A DNA stretch of 31,352 nt, taken from an uncultured Planctomycetales bacterium. Lineage in GTDB: Bacteria; Omnitrophota; Gorgyraeia; Zapsychrales; CAZAPN01. The notes under the pieces were generated by a model. That model was given only the letters and a program-made list of their open reading frames with translations. It searched no databases and was not told the DNA's origin. The translations under genes were made by a program, and so were the position numbers. Of this stretch, positions 1 through 9,591 are shown piece by piece; the stretch's first letter is position 1, and each line of letters begins with the position of its first letter. The DNA is taken from assembly GCA_964487145.1 (NCBI GenBank), contig CAZAPN010000001.1, positions 1-31,352 on the forward strand. The letters are read 5' to 3'.

Positions 1-846
1 CAGGATAAATTAGGGATGACCTTAAAGAAATTCACGGACGAAGATCCTTCTTTTAAAGTGAAATATAATCATGAAACGGCGGAAACGATTATATCCGGAA
101 TGGGGGAATTGCATTTAGATATCATTATCGATCGTATGCGCCGAGAATATAATATTGAAGCGAATGTCGGTCGGCCTCAGGTCGCTTATAAGGAAACCAT
201 TACCCAAAAAGCCATGGGAGTCGTCGGAAAATTTATTTCTCAATCTGGTGGTCGCGGTCAATATGGGCATGTGGTGATTGATGTCGAACCAGCGGAAACT
301 CCTGGAAAAGGAGTTGAATTTGTCAATAAGATCAAAGGCGGGGCTATCCCTCGCGAGTATATTAAGCCTGCCGAGGAAGGTATTCGGATGGCGGCTTTAA
401 ACGGGGTGTTGGGTGGATATCCTGTCACGGATTTGGTCGTGACCTTAGTTGATGGATCTTATCATGAAGTTGATTCGAGTGAATTGGCCTTTCAATTAGC
501 GGGGAAATATGCTTTACATGATGCGTTGAAAGCCGGTCGGTCGATTTTCCTTGAACCCGTTATGGATGTCGAGGTCACGGTCCCTGAAGAATATATGGGC
601 GCTGTTATTGGAGATTTGAATACCCGTCGGGCGAAGATCATTTCGATGGGAAGTCGTGGGAAACTTAAGACAGGCCGTTGTGAAGTTCCTTTGGCGGAAA
701 TGTTTAATTATGCTAATGCTTTGCGTTCTTTAACGCAGGGTCGCGCCAGTTTTTCGATGGAACCCGCATTTTATGCGGAGGTCCCTGGACATGTGGCGGA
801 GAAGATTATCGGAAAACGAACAGCTGCGACAGCTGAGAAAAAATAG
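1..846 (+). CDS. fusA: Elongation factor G, C-terminal part (5' end lies outside the window)
   Basis: Frame is open from base 1 (QDKLGMTLKKFTDEDPSF). Contains the EF-G domain III-V motifs GMGELHL, GGRGQYGHV, DGSYHEVDSSE and LRSLTQGRA. Lies directly upstream of tuf. Confidence 0.98.
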   Translation, partial: QDKLGMTLKKFTDEDPSFKVKYNHETAETIISGMGELHLDIIIDRMRREYNIEANVGRPQVAYKETITQKAMGVVGKFISQSGGRGQYGHVVIDVEPAETPGKGVEFVNKIKGGAIPREYIKPAEEGIRMAALNGVLGGYPVTDLVVTLVDGSYHEVDSSELAFQLAGKYALHDALKAGRSIFLEPVMDVEVTVPEEYMGAVIGDLNTRRAKIISMGSRGKLKTGRCEVPLAEMFNYANALRSLTQGRASFSMEPAFYAEVPGHVAEKIIGKRTAATAEKK

Positions 847-891
847 ATTAAAAGTTGATTAATCGAAACTTATAAAAAGGGGGGTAACGTC

Positions 892-2085
892 ATGGCAAAG
901 GAAAAATTTATAAGGAGTAAACCTCACGTCAATATCGGAACGGTCGGGCACGTCGATCATGGAAAAACAACTTTGAGCGCGGCCATCACGATGGTTTTAG
1001 CTAAACAAGGGATGGCTTCGGTCAGAACCTATGATTCCATCGATAATGCTCCGGAAGAGAAGGAACGCGGCGTTACGATCAATATTGCTCACTTGGAGTA
1101 TCAGACCGATAAACGCCATTATGCCCATATTGACTGCCCTGGCCACGCGGATTATATCAAGAACATGATTACCGGTGCGGCCCAAATGGACGGTGCCATT
1201 TTAGTTGTTTCGGCCGTTGACGGTCCCATGCCTCAAACACGCGAGCACATCCTCTTGGCCCGTCAGGTGAACGTTCCTCAGATTGTCGTTTTCATGAATA
1301 AATGCGATATGGTCGAAGACAAAGAACTTTTGGAATTGGTTGAACTTGAAATTCGTGATCTTCTGACAAAGTATAAATTTCCTGGAGATAAAACCCCCAT
1401 TATCAAGGGAAGTGCTTTGGAAGCCATGACTCATCCCGAAGATCCGGCCAAAATTCAACCGATCTTAGATCTGATGAAAGCCGTTGATGATTTTATTCCG
1501 ACCCCCGTTCGTGACCTCGAAAGACCATTTTCCATGGCCGTCGAAGACGTGTTTACCATTTCTGGTCGCGGAACTGTCGCCACCGGAAGAATTGAACGAG
1601 GGATTGTGAAGGTTGGCGAAGAAATTGATGTCGTGGGTCTTCGTCCGCAAGTTCAAAAGACCGTTGTCACGGGTGTCGAGATGTTCCGCAAAGAGTTGGA
1701 TGAAGGGCAAGCGGGTGATAACGTCGGGTTACTTTTACGCGGTATGGATAAAGATTCAATTGAGCGAGGAATGGTTTTAGCAAAGCCAGGTTCCATTACT
1801 CCTCACACGAAATTCAAAGCTCAAGTTTACGTTCTAACGAAGGAAGAGGGTGGACGTCACACTCCGTTTTTCAAAGGATATCGTCCGCAGTTTTATTTTA
1901 GGACCACGGACGTGACGGGAAATGCTGAGTTGCCTGCGGGTGTGGAAATGTGTATGCCGGGCGATAACGTCCAATTGGAAGTTGAACTAATAACCCCTGT
2001 CGCTATGGAAAAAGAATTACGTTTCGCCATCCGTGAAGGTGGCCGAACGGTCGGCGCAGGTGTTATTGCAGAAATTATCAAGTAA
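892..2085 (+). CDS. tuf: Elongation factor Tu
   Basis: [10 protein letters not shown]-loop, [12 protein letters not shown], and C-terminal [10 protein letters not shown]. Confidence 0.99.
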   Translation: MAKEKFIRSKPHVNIGTVGHVDHGKTTLSAAITMVLAKQGMASVRTYDSIDNAPEEKERGVTINIAHLEYQTDKRHYAHIDCPGHADYIKNMITGAAQMDGAILVVSAVDGPMPQTREHILLARQVNVPQIVVFMNKCDMVEDKELLELVELEIRDLLTKYKFPGDKTPIIKGSALEAMTHPEDPAKIQPILDLMKAVDDFIPTPVRDLERPFSMAVEDVFTISGRGTVATGRIERGIVKVGEEIDVVGLRPQVQKTVVTGVEMFRKELDEGQAGDNVGLLLRGMDKDSIERGMVLAKPGSITPHTKFKAQVYVLTKEEGGRHTPFFKGYRPQFYFRTTDVTGNAELPAGVEMCMPGDNVQLEVELITPVAMEKELRFAIREGGRTVGAGVIAEIIK

Positions 2086-2098
2086 GCGAAAGTATTCC

Positions 2099-2401
2099 AT
2101 GCAGAAAATACGTATAAAATTAAAAGCTTTCGATCATCGATTGATCGATCAATCGACTCAGGAGATCGTTGATACGGCGATAAGGACTGGGGCCAAGGTC
2201 TGTGGCCCTATTCCTTTGCCGACGAAAAAAGAGTTGTTTACTGTTTTACGATCCCCTGTCATTAATAAGAAATCTCGAGAGCAGTTTCATCTGGCAACCC
2301 ATAAGCGATTGATTGATTTGGTTGAACCAACCGCAAAGACGGTCGAGGCTCTTCGCAAACTGAATCTTCCTGCCGGTGTGGATGTCGAGATCAAACAGTA
2401 A
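2099..2401 (+). CDS. rpsJ: 30S ribosomal protein S10
   Basis: [31 protein letters not shown]. The true start is the ATG at 2099; the track ORF from 2033 overlaps tuf. Confidence 0.98.
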   Translation: MQKIRIKLKAFDHRLIDQSTQEIVDTAIRTGAKVCGPIPLPTKKELFTVLRSPVINKKSREQFHLATHKRLIDLVEPTAKTVEALRKLNLPAGVDVEIKQ

Positions 2402-2410
2402 AGGTGTAAA

Positions 2411-3124
2411 ATGATCAGTGGTCTTTTGGGTAAAAAAATTGGCATGACCCAACTCTTCGATAAGGAAGGGAACATTATTCCTGTCACCGCTGTCGAAGTC
2501 GGGCCTTGCTATGTCCTCGAGTTACGTGATGCTCCCAAGAAGAAGGTGAAAATCGGGTTTGAATCTATTAAGGAATCCCGGGTCACAAAACCTCTCATGG
2601 GATATTTCAAGAAATTGGGTGTTTCACCGCTTCGCGTTATTCGGGAATTTCAATCGACGGATAATAAAGATTATCAGGTTGGCCAGACGATCAAGGCCGA
2701 CTTTTTTAAGCCCGGTGATTTTGTGGCGGTATCGGGGACCTCCATTGGAAAAGGTTTTCAGGGGGGGATGAAGCGATGGCATTGGGTGGGCGGACCTGCC
2801 GGACACGGTTCGATGCATCATCGACGTGTTGGTTCGGTCGGTTCCAGTACAGATCCGTCCCGAGTTTTTAAAGGACATCATATGCCGGGACATATGGGCA
2901 ATGAACGCGTGACTACGCTCAACCTTCGCGTCATGGAAGTTGATGTGGAACATAATTTGATGTTAATCAAAGGCGCTGTTCCTGGGCACCGCGGTGGATA
3001 TCTTGAAATTCGCCGATCGACCCGAAAAGCCTTTAGGTCGTTGGATGAAAAGCAAGCGGCAACGGCAGCCGTGAAACGTAATCCTATGAAGCAAAGTAAA
3101 GCGAAAGCCAAAGGTAAGGCTTAA
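2411..3124 (+). CDS. rplC: 50S ribosomal protein L3
   Basis: GKKIGMTQ, GKGFQGGMKR, MPGHMG, IKGAVPG; position after rpsJ. Confidence 0.98.
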   Translation: MISGLLGKKIGMTQLFDKEGNIIPVTAVEVGPCYVLELRDAPKKKVKIGFESIKESRVTKPLMGYFKKLGVSPLRVIREFQSTDNKDYQVGQTIKADFFKPGDFVAVSGTSIGKGFQGGMKRWHWVGGPAGHGSMHHRRVGSVGSSTDPSRVFKGHHMPGHMGNERVTTLNLRVMEVDVEHNLMLIKGAVPGHRGGYLEIRRSTRKAFRSLDEKQAATAAVKRNPMKQSKAKAKGKA

Positions 3125-3130
3125 TTGAGT

Positions 3131-3754
3131 ATGGAAAATCTTCCGATTTATAATCTTGATGGTAAAAAAGTTGACGATTTGGATATCCCAGAAAATTTGT
3201 TTGGGGTAGAGGTGAATCGAGATGTTTTGCACCAGGATGTTCTTCGCTATTTAGCGAATCAGCGACAGGGGAATGCCTCGACCAAAGAACGGGGAGCGGT
3301 CTCTGGTGGCGGCGTCAAACCGTGGAGACAAAAAGGCACAGGTCGTGCCCGCGTCGGTTCTTCAAGAAACCCCTTGTGGAAAGGCGGTGGAGTTGTTTTT
3401 GGTCCCCATCCCCATTCCTTTAGGTTCGAAGTTCCTCAGAAGGTTCGGAAGGTCGCTTTGAAAGAAAGCTTAAACGACAAATATCAGTCAAAAAATTTAT
3501 TGTGCATTGATCATTTACGGGCTACCTCAGCGAAGACAAAAGATTTTGCAAAGATCCTTGAAAGATTAAAGTTAGACGGTAAAATTCTCGCTTTATTAGA
3601 TGGCAATGACCCGCAGACACTCAAGGTTTCAAGGAATATTCCACATTTTCGTTTATTGCGGGCGGAAGATGTGACAGCCTATGAAATCCTTCGGAGTCAA
3701 AAGTTGTTAGTGACCAAAGGTGCTTTTAAAATTTTATTAAAGAGGCTCAAATGA
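3131..3754 (+). CDS. rplD: 50S ribosomal protein L4
   Basis: KPWRQKGTGRAR and PLWKGGGVVFGP. ATG at 3131 preferred over TTG at 3125. Confidence 0.97.
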   Translation: MENLPIYNLDGKKVDDLDIPENLFGVEVNRDVLHQDVLRYLANQRQGNASTKERGAVSGGGVKPWRQKGTGRARVGSSRNPLWKGGGVVFGPHPHSFRFEVPQKVRKVALKESLNDKYQSKNLLCIDHLRATSAKTKDFAKILERLKLDGKILALLDGNDPQTLKVSRNIPHFRLLRAEDVTAYEILRSQKLLVTKGAFKILLKRLK

Positions 3755-4029
3755 AGACATCTTATGATGTGATTCGAACGATTGTCCGCACAGAAAAAGG
3801 TTCTTTCCTGGAACCGGACAGAAAATATCTTTTTCAGGTTGCTTCTTCTGCAACAAAAATTGAAATCAAAAATGCCGTTGAAGAGATTTATAAGGTGAAA
3901 GTCGACGATGTGAATACAACGATTATGCCGGGAAAAAACAAACGCGTTCGTCATCAATTGGGCCGCACGCCTGATTGGAAAAAAGCGATCGTTACCCTCA
4001 AAGAGGGTCAAAAGATAGAGGTTGCCTAA
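3751..4029 (+). CDS. rplW: 50S ribosomal protein L23
   Basis: [20 protein letters not shown]; ATGA overlap with rplD. Confidence 0.97.
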   Translation: MKTSYDVIRTIVRTEKGSFLEPDRKYLFQVASSATKIEIKNAVEEIYKVKVDDVNTTIMPGKNKRVRHQLGRTPDWKKAIVTLKEGQKIEVA

Positions 4030-4862
4030 TGGGATTAAGAAGTTTTAAACCGACAACAGGTGGTGTCCGTCACGCCGTTATTTCGGATTTCGCCGAGATT
4101 ACAAAGAAAACGCCCGAGAAATCTCTTCTGGAGCCCATCAAAGGGACAGGCGGTCGAAATGTTTATGGCCGCGTCACCCTACGAGGAAGAGGGGCGGGTC
4201 ATAAACGCATGTATCGCCTGGTTGATTTTCGCCGTGAACGTTTAGATTCTCCGGCCACAATCGAAGCGATTGAATATGATCCGAATCGTTCTGTGAGGAT
4301 CGCCCTTGTGAAATACGATGATGGTGAAAAGGCATATATTTTAGCCCCGTTAGATATTAAAGTTGGAGACAAAATTGTCAGTACCATTAAGGAAGATATT
4401 GATATCCGAGCTGGAAATTGTTTGCCATTAAGTCGGATTCCATTAGGGGTTGCCATTCATAATGTGGAACTTTATCCCGGAAGTGGCGGAAAAATTGTCC
4501 GCTCCGCTGGAACAGCTGCTCAGATCATGGCGAAAGAAGGCGAATATGCCCATGTGAGATTGCCTTCCGGAGAAATTCGTATGATTCGTTTGAATTGCCG
4601 AGCTACTATTGGGCAGTTGGGCAATGTTGAACATGACACGATTTCTTTAGGAAAAGCAGGCCGTAGCCGTTGGATGGGGCGTCGTCCGGTGAATCGCGGG
4701 ATTTCTAAAAATCCCCACGATCATCCTCATGGAGGTGGCGAAGGAAAAACTCCTCAAGGAAATCCGCATCCTGTCACACCCTGGGGCAAACCGACCAAGG
4801 GATATAAAACACGTTCGAAGAAAAAATATTCTAATCGTTTCATTGTGAAAAGAAGGAAATAA
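4029..4862 (+). CDS. rplB: 50S ribosomal protein L2
   Basis: [23 protein letters not shown]. Start at the TAATG overlap with the rplW stop, not at the track start of 3975. Confidence 0.98.
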   Translation: MGLRSFKPTTGGVRHAVISDFAEITKKTPEKSLLEPIKGTGGRNVYGRVTLRGRGAGHKRMYRLVDFRRERLDSPATIEAIEYDPNRSVRIALVKYDDGEKAYILAPLDIKVGDKIVSTIKEDIDIRAGNCLPLSRIPLGVAIHNVELYPGSGGKIVRSAGTAAQIMAKEGEYAHVRLPSGEIRMIRLNCRATIGQLGNVEHDTISLGKAGRSRWMGRRPVNRGISKNPHDHPHGGGEGKTPQGNPHPVTPWGKPTKGYKTRSKKKYSNRFIVKRRK

Positions 4863-4866
4863 TTTT

Positions 4867-5154
4867 ATGGCACGTTCATTAAAAAAAGGGCCGTTCATTG
4901 ATGCGCATCTCCTCGAAAAGATTGAGAGGATGAAGCGTTCCGGACAAAAGCAGCCGATAAAAACCTGGTCAAGACGTTCAACGATTACCCCGGATTTTGT
5001 GGGATATACGGTTGCGATTCATGATGGACGAAAGCATGTGCCGGTTTTTATTACGGAAAACATGGTCGGTTATAAATTTGGTGAATTTGCCCCTTCGCGT
5101 ATATTCAGAAAACACGGCGGGGTTAAGGCGAAAAAAGCCGCCGATAAGACTTAA
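4867..5154 (+). CDS. rpsS: 30S ribosomal protein S19
   Basis: [25 protein letters not shown]. Confidence 0.98.
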   Translation: MARSLKKGPFIDAHLLEKIERMKRSGQKQPIKTWSRRSTITPDFVGYTVAIHDGRKHVPVFITENMVGYKFGEFAPSRIFRKHGGVKAKKAADKT

Positions 5155-5166
5155 AGGTAAGACGAA

Positions 5167-5502
5167 ATGATTGCTAAAGCTAGAGGACGATTTATTAGAA
5201 TTTCAGGAATGAAGATGCGCCAGGTCATTGACCTGGTTCGCGGGAAAGATGTCGGACATTCTTTTTCGATTTTATCACAGACGCCCAAAAAGGCGTCGGG
5301 GATTGTGACGAAAATCCTTCATTCGGCGGTCAGCAATGCCAAACAAAAGGGCCTTACGGAAGACCAGCTTTATATTTCGAAAATTGTTTCGGATAATGGC
5401 CCTATGTGGAAACGTTATCGCGCCGGAAGTTTCGGTCGTGCAACACCGATTTTAAAGCGCACATCGCATTTAACGATTGAGCTCGACTTAAAAACAAAAT
5501 AA
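5167..5502 (+). CDS. rplV: 50S ribosomal protein L22
   Basis: RIS-K-R-VIDLVRG, SAVSNA, KRTSHLTI; canonical position. Confidence 0.96.
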   Translation: MIAKARGRFIRISGMKMRQVIDLVRGKDVGHSFSILSQTPKKASGIVTKILHSAVSNAKQKGLTEDQLYISKIVSDNGPMWKRYRAGSFGRATPILKRTSHLTIELDLKTK

Positions 5503-5512
5503 GGAGTGAATT

Positions 5513-6196
5513 GTGGGGCAAAAAGTAAGTCCATTACTGTTACGAATCGGTTATATCAAAAATTGGCGGAGCAATTGGTTCGCCGGGAAAAAAGATTTTG
5601 TCACGAATGTCTTAGAAGATTATAAGATCCGTGATTATATCAAAAAGAAGTTCCAGCAAGCTGCCGTTTCCGCGGTCATTGTCGAACGTTTAGCGAATCA
5701 AGTCAAGGTTCGCATTGCCACCGCTCGACCGGGCGTTATTATCGGCCGACGGGGGGCGGATATCGATCGTTTGCGTGAAGATTTGAGTAAAATTACCCCG
5801 AAAGAGATTTCGATTGATATTTTTGAGATTAAAAATCCGGCGATTGATGCGCAGTTAATCGGGCAAAATATCGCCTTCCAATTAGAGAAACGTGTGGCCT
5901 TTCGCCGCGCGATGAAACGCTCGATCGATCAGGCCATGACGTCCGGGGCCCAAGGGATTAAAATCAGTTGTGCGGGTCGTTTAGGCGGGGCTGAAATGTC
6001 GCGTCGCGAAACATACAAGGTCGGAAAACTTCCTTTGCAGACATTACGAGCTGATATTGATTATGGCTTTGCGGAAGCATTGACAACCTATGGGATTTTA
6101 GGAATTAAAGTGTGGGTTTATAAAGGCGAAATTATGGGGGATGTCCGTCCCCAGGAATTTGTCATGCCAGAAGCGGCTGCCCCTAAAGGAGAATAA
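5513..6196 (+). CDS. rpsC: 30S ribosomal protein S3
   Basis: GTG start with an AGGAG SD; MGQKV, RPGVIIGRRG, GRLGGAEMSR, PLQTLRADIDY. Confidence 0.98.
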   Translation: MGQKVSPLLLRIGYIKNWRSNWFAGKKDFVTNVLEDYKIRDYIKKKFQQAAVSAVIVERLANQVKVRIATARPGVIIGRRGADIDRLREDLSKITPKEISIDIFEIKNPAIDAQLIGQNIAFQLEKRVAFRRAMKRSIDQAMTSGAQGIKISCAGRLGGAEMSRRETYKVGKLPLQTLRADIDYGFAEALTTYGILGIKVWVYKGEIMGDVRPQEFVMPEAAAPKGE

Positions 6197-6201
6197 TTGT
6201 T

Positions 6202-6621
6202 ATGGCTGTTATGCCTAGAAGAGTCAAATATCGCAAATCCCAAAAGGGAAAGACCCAAGGGGTCGCTACCCGTGGCAATAAACTACGTTTTGGGGAATAT
6301 GGTCTCAAGGCGATTGCGAATGGATTTATTAAGGGAAATCAGATTGAAGCTTGCCGTGTTGTCATTGCGAGGAAAATGCGAGGAGCCGGAAGGATGTGGA
6401 TGAATATGTTCCCTCACAAACCGATCACAAAAAAACCGGCAGAAACCCGCATGGGAAAAGGCAAGGGAGATTTAGATCATTGGGTTGCCGTGGCCAAGCG
6501 CGGGGCTGTTCTGATTGAGTTAGGTGGAATTCCTGGAAGTTTGGCTAAGGAAGTTTTACGTTTGTGTGCTTTTAAATTGCCTGTTCAAACAAAATTTATT
6601 TCACGCAGGACTGAACATTAA
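6202..6621 (+). CDS. rplP: 50S ribosomal protein L16
   Basis: PRRVKYRK, KPAETRMGKGKG, KLPVQTKF. Confidence 0.97.
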   Translation: MAVMPRRVKYRKSQKGKTQGVATRGNKLRFGEYGLKAIANGFIKGNQIEACRVVIARKMRGAGRMWMNMFPHKPITKKPAETRMGKGKGDLDHWVAVAKRGAVLIELGGIPGSLAKEVLRLCAFKLPVQTKFISRRTEH

Positions 6622-6638
6622 TAACGGATTCTGAGAAA

Positions 6639-6851
6639 ATGTCGATGAAAATAAAAGATTTAAGAGGGTTAACCAACGAAGAGTTGAGGCAGCTTGAGAA
6701 AAAGGACAAAAAAGAGCTCTTCGATTTGAATTATCAGCGGAAATATAGTCGGGTGGAAAAACCTGGTCGTTTTAAGGTTTTACATAGAGAAATCGCGCGT
6801 ATTGAAACTATTTTAAATGAAAGAAAACGAGATGAGTCAAAGGCCAAATAG
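6639..6851 (+). CDS. rpmC: 50S ribosomal protein L29
   Basis: KIKDLRGLTNEEL, REIARIETILNE; lies between rplP and rpsQ. Confidence 0.95.
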   Translation: MSMKIKDLRGLTNEELRQLEKKDKKELFDLNYQRKYSRVEKPGRFKVLHREIARIETILNERKRDESKAK

Positions 6852-7122
6852 ACGCAAAACCTTCATCGGGACAGTTGTTAGCGATAAAATGAATAAAACA
6901 CGGGTGGTCCAAGTGAAATCAACCACCAAACATGATGTCTATAACAAAATCGTAAGACATGCCGCCCGATTTAAAGCTCACGATGAAAAGAATGAATCTA
7001 AAGTGGGGGATGTGGTTCGCCTCATGGAAACGCGGCCCTTGTCGAAAGACAAGCGTTGGCTCATTTGTGAGATTATCAAAAAGAATGTTTTGGATAATTT
7101 AATTATTTCGGATACCATTTAA
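6832..7122 (+). CDS. rpsQ: 30S ribosomal protein S17
   Basis: [28 protein letters not shown]. Start placed at MSQRP (6832); the exact start is uncertain. Confidence 0.96.
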   Translation: MSQRPNRRKTFIGTVVSDKMNKTRVVQVKSTTKHDVYNKIVRHAARFKAHDEKNESKVGDVVRLMETRPLSKDKRWLICEIIKKNVLDNLIISDTI

Positions 7123-7138
7123 CCCAGAAATTCAAGCC

Positions 7139-7507
7139 ATGATTCAATTAAAAACATTGTTAGATGTCGCGGATAACACGGGAGCCCGCAAGGCTTCTTT
7201 TATCGGTGTCTTAAAATCGAAAAATCGGGCCTATGCCAAAGTCGGAGATATGGTCCGCGCGAATGTCAAAGAATGCGCGGCGGATTCAGCCGTGAAGAAA
7301 GGCACCGTGGTGAAAGGGATTGTTGTCCGGACCAAATCACCGATTCGTCGTCCGGATGGAACCTATGTTCGGTTCGATACGAATGCGATCGTGATTATTG
7401 ATGATACTGGAAATCCCAAAGGGACACGCGTATTTGGACCCATCGCGCGTGAAATCCGTAACTTAGAATACATGAAAATCGTTTCTTTAGCCCCCGAGGT
7501 CGTTTAA
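7139..7507 (+). CDS. rplN: 50S ribosomal protein L14
   Basis: MIQ...[27 protein letters not shown]. Confidence 0.98.
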   Translation: MIQLKTLLDVADNTGARKASFIGVLKSKNRAYAKVGDMVRANVKECAADSAVKKGTVVKGIVVRTKSPIRRPDGTYVRFDTNAIVIIDDTGNPKGTRVFGPIAREIRNLEYMKIVSLAPEVV

Positions 7508-7508
7508 T

Positions 7509-7820
7509 ATGTTACGTATTAAAAAAAATGATACTGTCAGCATTATCGCCGGAAAAGACAAAGGCAAAAAAGGGAAAGTTTTGAGCGTGAGTCTCCTGGA
7601 GCACAACGTGCTTGTCGAAGGTTTGAATCTTGTTAAAAAAGCCCGCCGACGTACCCAGCAAGATCAAAAAGGGGGCATTGTGGATATCGAAGCGCCGATC
7701 CATCTGTCCAACGTGATGTTGATCTGCAAGCAATGCAATAAGCCGGTCCGCGTTCGATTTTCTGTTTTGAAGGATAAGAGTAAAATTCGAGAATGTAAAT
7801 CTTGTGGAGCTTCTATATAA
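7509..7820 (+). CDS. rplX: 50S ribosomal protein L24
   Basis: IKKNDTVSIIAGKDKGKKG (KOW motif) and EAPIHLSNV. Confidence 0.97.
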   Translation: MLRIKKNDTVSIIAGKDKGKKGKVLSVSLLEHNVLVEGLNLVKKARRRTQQDQKGGIVDIEAPIHLSNVMLICKQCNKPVRVRFSVLKDKSKIRECKSCGASI

Positions 7821-7821
7821 A

Positions 7822-8367
7822 ATGTCACTACGTTTATTAGATAAATATCGAAAAGAAGTTGTACCTGCCATTCAAAAAGAATTTGGCGTAAAAAACGTCA
7901 TGGCTGTTCCGCGTTTAATGAAAATTGTTGTCAATATGGGCGTCGGGAAGGCCATTGAAGATCAGAAAATCATCGAGAAGGCAGCGGAAGATTTAGGCCT
8001 CATTACGGGACAGAAACCGTTGATCCGCAAAGCGAAAATTGCCATTTCAAATTTTAAACTTAAAAAAGGGGCAGCGGTAGGCTGCAAGGTGACCTTGCGC
8101 CGGGCTAAGATGTATGAGTTCTGTGATCGCCTGATGAATGTCGCTCTGCCAAGAATTCGTGACTTTAACGGTGTCTCTCGAAAGGCGTTTGACCGTGACG
8201 GAAATTATACGTTGGGGATCGTCGAGCATACGATTTTTCCTGAGATCGACACGGATAAAATTGTGAATATTCAGGGAATGGATATCACGTTTGTTTTTAA
8301 TCATGGCCCCCAGGAGCAGACCTTGGAAGTTTTGCGTCTTTTGGGGATGCCGTTTAGTAAAAAATAA
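7822..8367 (+). CDS. rplE: 50S ribosomal protein L5
   Basis: KIVVNMGVG, ITGQKP, LPRIRDFNG, GMDIT. Start at ATG 7822. Confidence 0.98.
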   Translation: MSLRLLDKYRKEVVPAIQKEFGVKNVMAVPRLMKIVVNMGVGKAIEDQKIIEKAAEDLGLITGQKPLIRKAKIAISNFKLKKGAAVGCKVTLRRAKMYEFCDRLMNVALPRIRDFNGVSRKAFDRDGNYTLGIVEHTIFPEIDTDKIVNIQGMDITFVFNHGPQEQTLEVLRLLGMPFSKK

Positions 8368-8380
8368 AGGTTAAAGGTTT

Positions 8381-8566
8381 ATGGTTAAAAAATCACAAAT
8401 TAATAAGGCCAACCGCAAACCAAAGTTTTCTGCCCGACAACATAATCGTTGCCGGATTTGCGGACGACCCAAAGGGTTTTTAAGACGATTTGGGGTTTGT
8501 CGTATTTGTTTTAGAGAACTTGCTTGGAAGGGAGAAATTCCAGGCGTTAAAAAAGCAAGCTGGTAA
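8381..8566 (+). CDS. rpsN: 30S ribosomal protein S14, short zinc-binding (type Z) form
   Basis: 61 aa with CRIC...CRIC and [11 protein letters not shown]. Confidence 0.97.
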   Translation: MVKKSQINKANRKPKFSARQHNRCRICGRPKGFLRRFGVCRICFRELAWKGEIPGVKKASW

Positions 8567-8583
8567 CAAGAAAGCAAAAACTT

Positions 8584-8982
8584 ATGTCATTAAATGATCC
8601 TATTGCATTGTTGTTAACCCACATCCGAAATGCGGCCTCTTCTCAGAAAGAAACGGTGGAAGTGCCCGCGTCTCGATTGAATGAAAAGATCCTCGAGATT
8701 TTTAAAACGGACGGTTACATTGAAGATTATCGTTTTATCAAAGATAATAAACAAGGTATTTTAAAAATTTATTTAAAGTATTTAAAAAATAAGAAGTCGG
8801 CAATCATAGGGATTCGCCGGGTTTCCACTTCGGGGCGTCGGGTTTATGTCAAAGGCGAAAAGATCCCCCGTGTCATTAACGGATTAGGAACAGCCATTAT
8901 TTCTACGTCGAAGGGTGTTATCACAGATCGTGATGCCCGCAAGTTAAAAGTCGGCGGTGAAGTGATGTGTTATATTTGGTAA
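8584..8982 (+). CDS. rpsH: 30S ribosomal protein S8
   Basis: DPIA...IRNA, RVSTSGRRVY, STSKGV, GGEVMCYIW. Confidence 0.97.
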   Translation: MSLNDPIALLLTHIRNAASSQKETVEVPASRLNEKILEIFKTDGYIEDYRFIKDNKQGILKIYLKYLKNKKSAIIGIRRVSTSGRRVYVKGEKIPRVINGLGTAIISTSKGVITDRDARKLKVGGEVMCYIW

Positions 8983-8994
8983 AGGCCATCGACC

Positions 8995-9534
8995 ATGTCA
9001 CGTATCGGAAAAATTCCAGTCAGTATTCCCAAAGAAGTTAAAGTCACGATTGATAAAAGCCAAGTCAATGTTGAAGGCCCCAAGGGCAAGATGTCGATCC
9101 CTCTTCCTTTAGGGGTCAGCCTTGAAAACAAGGAAGGCAAGGTTTTTGTCAACCGGGTCAATGATACGAAACAAAGCCGGTCCAACCATGGGACCGTGAG
9201 GGCCATTTTGAATCACACCATTATTGGTGTGACTCAAGGGCATAAACGAAGTTTGGAAATTCAGGGTGTCGGTTTCCGTGCCCAATTAGACGGGAAAAAA
9301 CTCGTCTTAAATTTAGGGTTCAGTCATCCGGTTGAGTTTAAAATTCCGGATGGAGTCGCTATCAAGGTGGCAAAACCGACGGAAATTGAAATCGAGGGTG
9401 TTGATAAATCTTTGGTCGGTGAAGTGGCGGCTGAAATTCGCAGCATCAGACCCCCCGAACCATATAAAGGCAAAGGCATTCGTTACGCCGGTGAATATGT
9501 CAAGAAAAAGCAAGGGAAAGCCGTTACCAAGTAA
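8995..9534 (+). CDS. rplF: 50S ribosomal protein L6
   Basis: MSRIGKIP, GVGFRA, LGFSHP, PEPYKGKGIRY. Confidence 0.98.
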   Translation: MSRIGKIPVSIPKEVKVTIDKSQVNVEGPKGKMSIPLPLGVSLENKEGKVFVNRVNDTKQSRSNHGTVRAILNHTIIGVTQGHKRSLEIQGVGFRAQLDGKKLVLNLGFSHPVEFKIPDGVAIKVAKPTEIEIEGVDKSLVGEVAAEIRSIRPPEPYKGKGIRYAGEYVKKKQGKAVTK

Positions 9535-9591
9535 AAAAATTCAGTCGTACGTGATTTTTAAAAATATGTCTTGTAAAACGGAAATCGAGAA

